Position numbers and translations under genes: made by a program | Notes under the pieces: generated by a model | Databases searched by the model: none | Told to the model about the DNA's origin: nothing | What the model saw: only the letters and a program-made list of their open reading frames with translations | In this document: piece by piece, positions 23,096-34,516 of the stretch | Numbering within the stretch: position 1 is the first letter of the stretch | How the letters are laid out: the number at the start of each line of letters is the position of its first letter | Origin: Octopus bimaculoides | Taxonomy: Eukaryota | Direction of reading: 5' to 3' | Assembly (NCBI RefSeq): GCF_001194135.2 | Contig: NC_068984.1 | Span: forward strand, 6,616,027-6,651,690 | Length of the DNA stretch: 35,664 bases

Positions 23096-23734
23096 TATTA
23101 TTATAGCTTAAATCGTTGATCTAGTTGATGGTGTTCATTAATGAATGAAATGTAATTAATGATTAAGATGTTAGTTTGTGGTTTAATTATATGTGTGTTG
23201 TGAAAAATGTAACACGGAAAGACTGACTTCATTGTCAATCTAATGTTGGTAGTGATTTAGCAGCGAAGATCCTTCAGATTCGTGGAATACTTTTCTCGGT
23301 GTGGTAAAGTAGAGATAAATTTCACTAACCTAATGTGTGCGCGTATATACATATATATATATACATACATTCCCGTAAACACACACACACACAAGTATAT
23401 ATATATATATATACGGAGACAAAGATAGATACAGATATATATAGATGTATATAAACTCATATATGTATATTCATATATACATACATATATATATATATAC
23501 ATGCATGCGTATACACACACACTCACACACACATACACACTCATACACACACATACGTCTTTATAATCATATACTCATATGTATTAGGCCATTATTTGAT
23601 TTACAATATCCTCAATAAACATTGCTCATTAATATCAATTAAAGACAGAAATGACTTCGATGAATAATCTGACAAAATCTGAAATAATTTATCAAACAAC
23701 AAAAACAACATTAATAATAGAATTTATAATATTA

Positions 23735-23867
23735 ATTTCTAATCTTTGGCAGAAAGCCAGCTATTTTCAATGAAGGATGCAAGTCGATTAAATCGACCCC
23801 AATACTTGACTGGTACTTTGTTTTATTGACCCTAAAGGGATGAAAATCAACGTTGACTTCAGCAGGA
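23735..23867 (-). mobile_element. SINE family A, 3' fragment
   Basis: Reverse complement contains TTTCATCCCTTTAGGGTCAATAAAACAAAGTACCAG..GGGGTCGATTTAATCGACTT. Confidence 0.75.
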
Positions 23868-23949
23868 AGAAAAGCTGCTAAGATGTCTTTTTTTCTCCGA
23901 CACTGAAGAGAAACCATTTTGGAAAGCCTATGAAGATGTATGTGGAACA

Positions 23950-24055
23950 AAATCCTGGGCTCGGTTATGAAAAGGACAAATAAAAAATAAAAAAAACAGA
24001 AACAGAAGCAGAGGGCCTAATTATAGCAGCCCAGGTTCAAGCGATAAAAACAAAC
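23950..24055 (+). mobile_element. R4/Dong-like LINE fragment (post-RT motif)
   Basis: SWARL*KGQIK..ETEAEGLIIAAQVQAIKTN resembles the ETEG..IAAQDQ motif of this clade. Confidence 0.6.
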
Positions 24056-24329
24056 AATTTGTTTTTCTTGTTAGTCCATAGTGTTAGCATAATTTCCAAG
24101 GTATATGACTCAGTCGTTTTATATTTTATTCTAAAATAAAACTCGTAAACCTGGATTCCCGTAAAGTGCGGTATTGCTGTATTAATATTATATAGGACGA
24201 AATACAATTAGATAGAATTTGTGGTAAGTAGATTCCTTATACCTCACACCAAAAGTTTATCTCTATTCAACAACACCTGTCTAAAAATAGACAAAAATTG
24301 CAATATTTCACCTTGGAAATAGTGTTTGG

Positions 24330-24520
24330 CTTATTGATACGCTTATCTTCTTGTGAACATTTTTTTAATTGCAAAACTTGATTCATTATTAATCGATCTA
24401 TTGATTCAAATACTTCCTGTTTCTCCGCCCTGATATTACGATAGAACGTTTTAGATGATGTTGTACAGAACATTTGTCATCAAAATAGGTTTCATAAATT
24501 TCCTTTTCACGTTACGATTT
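24330..24520 (-). mobile_element. Probable R4/Dong-like LINE fragment (pre-RT)
   Basis: MFCTTSSKTFYRNIRAEKQEV resembles the LF..N.K.FYR.I motif; highly decayed. Confidence 0.4.
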
Positions 24521-25307
24521 GAAGTAGTCAATGGATTTGTAGGTCTCACTTGATCTCACATCTATTACGTAATTACTACTGCAAACAGAGACATCCTAAA
24601 CCAAATAAAAAAACAGCCACACATGACTGACTGGTAATAAAGTCACTCAAAAACGCACTGTATCTGTATCCACAACTGAGAGGCTGGAGAGCGCCTATGA
24701 GTGTCATTAGGAGTCGAGTAGACATCAGCAAGAGTCCACTCCCAGTTGTAACTGTCGGGAACTTGGAGCTTGCCCACTCTCCCAGGTGTGTATATAAACC
24801 TTCGAAAGACGGCACGTCGATGAGGTTGGAGATACTGGGTTGGCTGGTTACGTGCAGGGTGTTGGGACCAACTCCATGACACATGTAATCAAGTCGAGAG
24901 CCGTCGAGAGATCCATGCACGTTGATGGATCTGGGAAGTGTAACCTGTGTGTGGTTTAGCGATCTCCACTGCACTGCTGAATTCCAGATCACAAATTTTC
25001 GACTGGTGCCGACATGTGGACAGTTCTCATTTGGCGAGTTGAGGAGCATCCCTCTCTTCGGATTGGGCCGCTGTATCGCAGACTTTCAACCACCCTCTGT
25101 TGATTCATTCTACAGCAGCTAGCTTCATTATGGATTTACGGTTAGAGAGGACATATATCTAATTTTATTTCTTCTCTTCTCTTTCCATTTTGTCTTCAAA
25201 ATCACTTTACCTCTCTTCACTTCCGGTCACCTCAGCCATGTAACCACACACGTACTTTTTGCGAACTATTCTTTTCATTCTCTCCGAAACATTCCTCTCC
25301 CCATTTT

Positions 25308-25334
25308 CTGACGGAGAGCCGGGCTCGAAACGTC
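25308..25334 (+). ncRNA. Degenerate PLE-type hammerhead motif
   Basis: CTGACGG-A-GAGC-CGG-GCTC-GAAACGTC. A9 replaced by G, no clear stem I; AATAAA about 40 nt downstream. Confidence 0.5.
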
Positions 25335-26046
25335 ACATCCCTTCTTTTTTCATTCTTACACTGAGCGTGAAGCTAATAAATTCATGTTCGATGTGTACAT
25401 CATTTTCCCTTTTGTTTTGTTATTTTTAATTTTCAATCTTCGATTTGCCTATATNNNNNNNNNNNNNNNNNNNNNNNNNNNNNNNNNNNNNNNNNNNNNN
25501 NNNNNNNNNNNNNNNNNNNNNNNNNNNNNNNNNNNNNNNNNNNNNNNNNNNNNNNNNNNNNNNNNNNNNNNNNNNNNNNNNNNNNNNNNNNNNNNNNNNN
25601 NNNNNNNNNNNNNNNNNNNNNNNNNNNNNNNNNNNNNNNNNNNNNNNNNNNNNNNNNNNNNNNNNNNNNNNNNNNNNNNNNNNNNNNNNNNNNNNNNNNN
25701 NNNNNNNNNNNNNNNNNNNNNNNNNNNNNNNNNNNNNNNNNNNNNNNNNNNNNNNNNNNNNNNNNNNNNNNNNNNNATATATATATATATATATACATAT
25801 ATATGTATATATATGGTAGCCAAAAGTAGGTTTACAGTTATCACGTAGGCACTTTAAATTTGTCATAAAATATTTTATTACATTTAAATTTCTATCTTAC
25901 AATTAACTGAACTTGCATCAAATAATGGTTTCATATTTTTTGATGATTAAGATCTAAACTGTAAATATATGAATGCGAAAGAGCTAGTTGAATAATTGTA
26001 AATCTACTTTTGGGCCATCTTGTATATATTATATATATGTATGTAT

Positions 26047-26116
26047 AATATTCGTAGTCACTTTAACATGGCAGTCCGCTCGATTGGACAGCCATGTTAA
26101 AGTGGCTACAAATATT
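26047..26116. repeat. Hairpin (inverted repeat)
   Basis: GTAGTCACTTTAACATGGC..GCCATGTTAAAGTGGCTAC with inner GTCC/GGAC. Confidence 0.85.
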
Positions 26117-26178
26117 ATCAGTACAACTACTGCGTTGATCTCTTAGAGAGATTTTAGAACTACCATTTCTGCCTTTAT

Positions 26179-26213
<35 letters not shown>

Positions 26214-26734
26214 CATATATGGGCCTCTTGTGTCGTTTGTGGACAGCTGAGGGGAACTTCATTCTAGAGGTAAGCAGCAAAAGCAAACGCTTTCCTGACC
26301 ATGACAATGTGGACGTGAAGCTGATGATAATTTTCTTTCGGAAATACGAAATAAAAATTCTTATTTGAAGTTGTTACCACAGAACTAAAGGTCACATTCA
26401 GAGAAATGTCCTCTTACAGGCATGTTGAATTATACAATCTATTTTTAATACACTTGAGATTGTTCCCCAAACACTCTTTAGCAACTTAATTTATACTTGA
26501 GCAGTTAGCAATATTTACAGATTTATTTGTAATGTTTAAAAATAATCGCTTACAGTTGATTGCATCGCTGTTTTACATATTGCAGTAGGATGTTGTGAGA
26601 GAACAACAGAACTTATTTTCGCAACATGCATGAATGGAATTATGAAATATGTGCGATATCTGGTATAATGTAGAGTTTTTTGAGAAAACATCGATCATCT
26701 ATATCAATGAGTGTGTGATTGTGTTTTGTGTGCT

Positions 26735-26771
<37 letters not shown>

Positions 26772-27330
26772 NNNNNNNNNNNNNNNNNNNNNNNNNNNNN
26801 NNNNNNNNNNNNNNNNNNNNNNNNNNNNNNNNNNNNNNNNNNNNNNNNNNNNNNNNNNNNNNNNNNNNNNNNNNNNNNNNNNNNNNNNNNNNNNNNNNNN
26901 NNNNNNNNNNNNNNNNNNNNNNNNNNNNNNNNNNNNNNNNNNNNNNNNNNNNNNNNNNNNNNNNNNNNNNNNNNNNNNNNNNNNNNNNNNNNNNNNNNNN
27001 NNNNNNNNNNNNNNNNNNNNNNNNNNNNNNNNNNNNNNNNNNNNNNNNNNNNNNNNNNNNNNNNNNNNNNNNNNNNNNNNNNNNNNNNNNNNNNNNNNNN
27101 NNNNNNNNNNNNNNNNNNNNNNNNNNNNNNNNNNNNNNNNNNNNNNNNNNNNNNNNNNNNNNNNNNNNNNNNNNNNNNNNNNNNNNNNNNNNNNNNNNNN
27201 NNNNNNNNNNNNNNNNNNNNNNNNNNNNNNNNNNNNNNNNNNNNNNNNNNNNNNNNNNNNNNNNNNNNNNNNNNNNNNNNNNNNNNNNNNNNNNNNNNNN
27301 NNNNNNNNNNNNNNNNNNNNNNNNNNNNNN

Positions 27331-27414
27331 TATATATTACACATGTACATGTATATATATATGTGTGTGTGTGTGTACATGTGTAATATATAGTATATAC
27401 ATACACATATTTAT

Positions 27415-27485
<71 letters not shown>

Positions 27486-27587
27486 CACATGTACAAAGAT
27501 ACATATATACATACATGTATACATACATGCATACATATATGCATACATACTTAAATATGTACATACATACTTACATACATATATGTG

Positions 27588-27619
<32 letters not shown>

Positions 27620-27629
27620 NNNNNNNNNN

Positions 27630-27670
<41 letters not shown>
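27331..27670. repeat. Compound TA/CA/TG microsatellite tract
   Basis: Direct reading. Confidence 0.9.
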
Positions 27671-27672
<2 letters not shown>

Positions 27673-28191
27673 CTACAGACATATTAAAGCTATACTTTCT
27701 CGCAATCATCTTATGTCAAGTGTAGTTTTATTGATGGCTTAAACAAAAAGTAGATTTATACTTTTTATATTTCATTTTAATTTTTTTATCTTATTTTCAT
27801 TCCTGTTCGTGTTGTAAATGATATTCAAAAAATATAACAAACGATTGGGATCTCCAAGTTTATTTGTTTGTCTTTTTTCTCTTTATTCTTTATTCTTTTC
27901 CCGATTTAATCACATCAACCAGTTTCAGATTTTCATATATATTTTGAAGCACAAAATGGTGCCGCAGTCGAGGGTGTGAGGCATGGCGTGGTCGAGGCGA
28001 CAACAGATTTCTACTGACAATATTGTCAGGGGAAAGCAGGTTGGCGGGTTTCCGCTGCTCAAATAATGTTTCGTTTATTTTGTCGCTGTCGACGCCGTCA
28101 TCGATAACAACTTGACGATGTATTTTATTAATCTAACATTATTTCTGCTTCGTTCAGTTAATAATATTATTGCTACCGCTATTATTATCAT

Positions 28192-28192
<1 letters not shown>

Positions 28193-28258
<66 letters not shown>

Positions 28259-28277
28259 GTTGTTGTTGTTGTTGTTT
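28193..28277. repeat. (CTA)n then (TTG)n microsatellite
   Basis: Direct reading. Confidence 0.95.
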
Positions 28278-29030
28278 ATAATTGCTACACATGTTATTAT
28301 ACAGCCAATCATTATCAATAAATTTTCTAAGTTTTTCTTTTTGTTTTTTGTATATANNNNNNNNNNNNNNNNNNNNNNNNNNNNNNNNNNNNNNNNNNNN
28401 NNNNNNNNNNNNNNNNNNNNNNNNNNNNNNNNNNNNNNNNNNNNNNNNNNNNNNNNNNNNNNNNNNNNNNNNNNNNNNNNNNNNNNNNNNNNNNNNNNNN
28501 NNNNNNNNNNNNNNNNNNNNNNNNNNNNNNNNNNNNNNNNNNNNNNNNNNNNNNNNNNNNNNNNNNNNNNNNNNNNNNNNNNNNNNNNNNNNNNNNNNNN
28601 NNNNNNNNNNNNNNNNNNNNNNNNNNNNNNNNNNNNNNNNNNNNNNNNNNNNNNNNNNNNNNNNNNNNNNNNNNNNNNNNNNNNNNNNNNNNNNNNNNNN
28701 NNNNNNNNNNNNNNNNNNNNNNNNNNNNNNNNNNNNNNNNNNNNNNNNNNNNNNNNNNNNNNNNNNNNNNNNNNNNNNNNNNNNNNNNNNNNNNNNNNNN
28801 NNNNNNNNNNNNNNNNNNNNNNNNNNNNNNNNNNNNNNNNNNNNNNNNNNNNNNNNNNNNNNNNNNNNNNNNNNNNNNNNNNNNNNNNNNNNNNNNNNNN
28901 NNNNNNNNNNNNNNNNNNNNNNNNNNNNNNNNNNNNNNNNNNNNNNNNNNNNNNNNNNNNNNNNNNNNNNNNNNNNNNNNNNNNNNNNNNNNNNNNNNNN
29001 NNNNNNNNNNNNNNNNNNNNNNNNNNNNNN

Positions 29031-29066
<36 letters not shown>

Positions 29067-29127
29067 CATATACGTATATGTATATATATGCAGATATATA
29101 TATATGTGTATATATATATATATATAC

Positions 29128-29169
<42 letters not shown>

Positions 29170-29250
29170 ATATATGTATATGTATATATATGTATATATA
29201 TATATATGCATATATATATAAAAATGTATGTATGCATGTGTGTGTGTGCG
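29031..29250. repeat. (TA)n-rich tract
   Basis: Direct reading. Confidence 0.95.
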
Positions 29251-29883
29251 GGTCCGTAGGTGTGTGGGTATGACTGTATGTAAATATGCACTCACATATA
29301 TGTGGATATTTGTTTATATAAACATTTATGCGCATATCTTATATGGGTATATATATGTGTGTGTGTATGTGTGTGTGATTGTAAAATAAATGGAAGGTTT
29401 TTGTTCTTTTTTTTTTTGGCAATCCCTTCAGTTTTTGGCTGTAATCATCATCATTAAGTTCTTTGCTGGTAACTGAAGTCCCTCTTTCTTTTTTATTCTT
29501 TTGATATCCAGATTTAGAATATGTTTATGTTTGGAGAAAAATCGATGCGCACCGGTCGAAGTTTTCAATATTTTCTGTACTTTAAATATTCATAAATGAC
29601 CTTAACTATCATTCTGCTTAATATCCAGTTAATAAATGGCCTAATATCTCGTTAGAAATCTATTCGCATGACCAATGTCCACGAATAATTTGCTGATGGG
29701 TTGTGTTTTGAGAATCTGTTTCCACGTCAAGGAAGATTTGGCTGACAAGGTCATCCATCATCGTCGATCCATCTGCTTCTTTTCCTTTGGGAAACACTTC
29801 AAATAATTCGTTATCGTTGTTCTTATTGTTTAACCCGGATCAGCTCTGAGTGAGGAGGTTTACGGTCTTACACAGTCGAGCCG

Positions 29884-30030
29884 TGGCTGTGTGTGTGGTA
29901 ATAAGTTTGCTTCCTTACTTCATGGTTCTGGGTTCAGTCCCCTTGGGAGAGGGCCTTCTACTATAGCCTTGGGACGACCAAAGCCTTGCATGTGGATTTG
30001 TTGGACGGGAACTGAAAGAAGCCCATTGTA
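29884..30030 (+). mobile_element. SINE family B, 5' half (diverged)
   Basis: GTGGTAATAAGTTTGCTT..GGGTTCAGTCCC..CTTCTACTATAGCC..ACCAAAGCCTTG..GAAAGAAGCCC. Confidence 0.8.
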
Positions 30031-30053
30031 TACATACATACATGCATACATAC

Positions 30054-30087
<34 letters not shown>

Positions 30088-30791
30088 ATATATTATATAT
30101 ATATAATTAAATAATGAAGGTTTTAATTGATATATATATATATATTGATATATACATANNNNNNNNNNNNNNNNNNNNNNNNNNNNNNNNNNNNNNNNNN
30201 NNNNNNNNNNNNNNNNNNNNNNNNNNNNNNNNNNNNNNNNNNNNNNNNNNNNNNNNNNNNNNNNNNNNNNNNNNNNNNNNNNNNNNNNNNNNNNNNNNNN
30301 NNNNNNNNNNNNNNNNNNNNNNNNNNNNNNNNNNNNNNNNNNNNNNNNNNNNNNNNNNNNNNNNNNNNNNNNNNNNATATATATACACTCATCTTTTGAG
30401 TTTTGTTGAAAGTAGCTGATGAGCCAGTGAAAGACCGCTGTACCTGTGCGGCCACTATAACAGTCGGAGTTGTAGCGGTTGGGACTTTCATGTCAGCAAT
30501 CCAATTTGTGAACCACAATGGTCATATGGATTTTATTCACGATGAAAAATTCCTACATGCTTCTTTTACGAATGATAAAGATAAGGACTCATGTTTGTTT
30601 TCAATAGAAAGGCTTTCGTTACTTTCTGCTTTGTATCGTATAAATGTTTGTATGGTGCCTTGCCAGTTATGATCTGTTTTAGGAGATGTTTCTTCTAGAT
30701 TTAGAATGGATCTTATTCTAATAATACGCTTACAAAATTCACGTGAGGTATGCGTGAAGTTTTATTATACACGGTGACTGATATCGCTATT

Positions 30792-30829
<38 letters not shown>

Positions 30830-31912
30830 NNNNNNNNNNNNNNNNNNNNNNNNNNNNNNNNNNNNNNNNNNACACACACACACACACAAACAAACACACA
30901 CACACACACGCACACACACACACGCACACACACATGTACACATACACGTACAAGCACACAATACATATAATTGCATATATATATATACGTAAATATGTAT
31001 ATATAATATGTGCATGTATATGTGTGCGTGCGCTCGTGTGTGTGTACGAATGTATGTATGCATATGTGTATCGGTAATGTTGTGTGGATGACGATTTGTA
31101 TCCGTGTAGCCGTTCACTTTATCCATAAATGTATATAAGATTTCATTTCTGTCTTATGTAAACAGACGTGATATATCTGTAGGAAGAATATTTAACAGAT
31201 AGGAATCGAACTCGAGTTACTACGCTTAGATGTAAGAAGAACAACAACAAAATTAGGGCGCTGCCAAAATTTGATAACATCAGCAAAGGAGTGACCACTC
31301 AAATCAACAGGCCTAGTAGGTGCTTAACTCATTAAACTAAGCATCATAGAGGTTGTTACCAACAATTTCATCTTTTGGCACTTTTTTCCTTGAAAGTCAT
31401 TTATCCTCCAACTCGGTAGTGTCCGTAAGTCAGCCAGAAGAACATCGATAGTGGTCATGATAAAGCATAAGTCTGTCGGCTGCTAGAACCTGCACAACGA
31501 CGACTGCTATCGTTACTGAATCAGCATCTCATTCAAACAGCTGAACTGTTTAACTTGGTGTAAATATTTCTTTTCTGTCTTTTGCTGTTACGACATATTG
31601 TTTTGTTAACAATAAATAAATATTTTTTTATTTGTAACTTCATACAGGCTTCTTATTCTTCTTTCTCAATCAAAGTTTTATCTTCGTTACACTGGTCACA
31701 ACCAAAAAAACAAAATGTTCTTATCACTAAATATGTTATTTTTTTTTCATTTAAATCTTTATGTCAAGATATCGAGTAGATTATAATTCAAAAGAAGTAC
31801 TCAATGCATGATAAATGTAGAGTCAATATGTCTTTATTCTCGAAGTAATATCTGACAACAATACAGTTGTTTCAATATATTTCTGTATCACACAAAGTAC
31901 CTTTGAAAAAGC

Positions 31913-32068
31913 ACAGTAATGTATTGATGGTACTCTGAGACTGGAGACCTTACAACAGAGAAAATACAGAGATGTATTGACGGTATTCTCGGACCGGAGA
32001 CCTTACAACAGGAAATGTACAGTAATGTATTAATGGTACTCTTGGACCAGAGACCTTACAACAGAGAG
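31913..32068. repeat. Three-copy 53-bp minisatellite
   Basis: Units start at 31913, 31966 and 32019, each with ATGTATT..TGGTA..GAGACCTTACAACAG. Confidence 0.9.
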
Positions 32069-32400
32069 TACTCAGCTAAAGGCTGCAAAGATCAGGTGAT
32101 GGCATCAATCACAGAAGTATGAAATAACTTGTGGACATCACTGGGATTCGAACTCAAAGCTTAAGTACAATGCTTTTTTTTTTTGGTCTAGCTTTGAAGT
32201 AATTCTCCCGGGAAAATCCACCCGTATTTAATCACTTACCTCCCTGCTTTTGAGGCATTTGGTTTAGTAGAAATGAAGATGCGATACCTATGATTTATGA
32301 CAGCGTTTTAAGCAAAGCTGAATAACAGTTAACAAATACTTCAAAAACAGTATCTTGGATCAGATCACATTTATAAATTGAAATATATATTACAGTTTAA

Positions 32401-32612
32401 GGTGGCGAGCTGGAGGAATCGTTAGGACGGCAGGCAAAATGCTTGGTGGTATTTCCTCTACCTTACGTTCTGAGCTCAAATTTAGCCGAGGTCGACTTTG
32501 CCTTTTATCATTTCGGGGTTGATAAAATAAGTACCAGTTGAAAACCGAGGTCGATGTAACCGACTTAAATCCGACCCTGAAGTTTCAGGCCTTGTGCCAA
32601 AACTATAAAACC
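32401..32612 (+). mobile_element. SINE family A, full length, with 14-bp target-site duplication
   Basis: Homologous to 22881-23095; TATATTACAGTTTA at 32386-32399 and 32617-32630. Confidence 0.9.
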
Positions 32613-32657
32613 AATGTATATTACAGTTTACTTTCCACCATCTTACTTCTGTTGTAA

Positions 32658-32790
32658 AGTGACGAACTCGTTGAAGTGTCGGACAAAGTGTTTTGCGATT
32701 AATTGTTGCGGCTGTTTGCCTTCTGAATTCAAACCATACCGTGATCAACTTTGCCTCATTTTGAGAGCGATAAAGTAATACAAAAGTCCA
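32658..32790 (+). mobile_element. SINE family A-like, old diverged copy
   Basis: GTCGGACAAAGTG..TTCTGAATTCAAA..CAACTTTGCCT..GATAAAGTAA aligns loosely to family A. Confidence 0.5.
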
Positions 32791-33349
32791 GAATGGTACA
32801 TTGGAATAATAGTCAAAGCATTGAGTAAAATGTTTTGCGGTATTTCTGAGTTCTTTAAATTCTTAGTTTCTAGGCTGGCGTGATGAACTTATCCATACAT
32901 AACTGCTAAGATGGCCTCATGTGAAAAAAAATAAGCGAAAAAAAAAAAAAAGTTAACGAGTTAGGTTGCCAGATATCAATCTTTGTATTCTCTTATGAAA
33001 TTGTTATCACAAACAACACAACTATTATCAGAGAAGCCTCCAACTGCTGCTTATGGACCTGATAGAGCAAAAGCAAAAATCTATTGCCAGCATATTCACT
33101 TTCAATTGATTAGGTTACAAGGAAAATAAGCAGAAGAGTTCTATAACACTAGGCAACAAAGATTTTGTTACAGGAGACCAAATAGGTGTTCCTAGCTAAT
33201 TTCGGTTGATTTCAAATCTATAATTAGATTTTTTGTATCACGTCTAGATTTTGTGTAAAATGCTAATCGCTTTGTAAAATTTGTTGCCACATATTACTGG
33301 CATTAATTGTCTTAATGCCAGTAATATGAAATTTGCTTTTGAAGGTTAA

Positions 33350-33539
33350 CCCATTAAGTCCCACTGTCCTATAAATAGGACATTAAATAAGCTATATCAC
33401 ATTGTCTCTGAGTATTTCCATTTCTACTTGAAGTAAAGGAGTTTTAATAATTGTTTGTTTTTTATTTTAACCTATTTTCAATCATCTGTAAAAATTTAAA
33501 AGTAATATTCATAAATTTAAGTATCTGGGACTTAATGGG
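33350..33539. mobile_element. piggyBac-type MITE (190 bp)
   Basis: TIR CCCATTAAGTCCCA (33350-33363) and TGGGACTTAATGGG (33526-33539); TTAA on the left, ATAA on the right. Confidence 0.8.
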
Positions 33540-33564
33540 ATAAAGCGATTTTGTTTGCCAACTA

Positions 33565-33668
33565 TTCTTTTATTCTTTTATTCTTTTATTCTTTTACTTG
33601 TTTCAGTCATTTTGACTGTGGCCATGCTGGAGCACATCCCCGGACTTACTCTTTGTAAGCCTGATACT
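33565..33668 (-). mobile_element. SINE family B, 3' tail fragment
   Basis: (TTTTATTC)n then TTACTTGTTTCAGTCATTTTGACTGTGGCCATGCTGGAGCAC, as at 34261-34305. Confidence 0.85.
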
Positions 33669-33692
33669 ATATACAAATTCTGACGATTTTGA

Positions 33693-34469
33693 TCAATGCA
33701 ATTTATCCCGAGTTGGCAACACTGAATCAAGTGCATAATAACGGCCCAAACGGTCAGTCGCTACATGACAGTCAAGTTGAGCGGTCATTGAAGACAGCAC
33801 TTCATCTGAAGATTCTGGTAGTGATATGAAAATAGGGAAAGATGGCATATATGTTACAGATTCATCAAGTTCCCCACATTTGTCAAGACAACTAGATGTT
33901 AAATGATTTGGTGCGCGATTTGGAGTTACCAAAAAAAGAAAAAAAAAGTAGAGTTGCTTGGTTTTAGACATCAAGAATGGAATTTTCTCCAGCCAAACAC
34001 CAAAGTTTCCTATTTCTACCATTGACACTTGCAATTATTATCATTTTGCAGGAGATAAACGTTTGTTTCTGCTACGAAATCAGTGGCTTGAGGGAAAGGA
34101 TTGACTTTGCAATGATCTAAAAGAATGGAGACTGTTCATTGAATGTAATAAAGCTTGACTTAAAACTGTATTACTGCACAATAACAACGAAGAACCTTCA
34201 AAACCTGAAGCACATGCCACTGGCCTTATTGAGACTTGTGAATCAATAGAACTATTACTATTTTACTTGTTTCAGTCATTTGACTGCGGCCACGCCGGAG
34301 CACCGCCTTTAGTCGAGCAAATCGACCACAGGACTTATTTTTTGTAAGCCTAGTACTTATTCTATCGGTCTCTTTTGCCGAACCGCTAAGTTACGGGGAC
34401 GTAAACACACCTGCATCAGTTGTCAAGCGATGTTGGGAGGACAAACACAGACACATAAACACACACACA

Positions 34470-34516
<47 letters not shown>

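Noticed and set aside
24576-25049. 157-aa minus ORF as a protein-coding gene
   Set aside because: Non-ATG start and no recognisable domain; treated only as part of the possible PLE remnant.
29640-29850. Minus frames resembling an RTE C-terminus (KRSRWIDD) or an exon
   Set aside because: Similarity is too short and ambiguous.
30416-30445. CTGATGAGCCAGTGAAAG as a hammerhead
   Set aside because: No real stem II, and the cleavage position would be G, which is not allowed.
31913-32068. CRISPR-like array
   Set aside because: Eukaryotic context, contiguous diverged units and no unique spacers.
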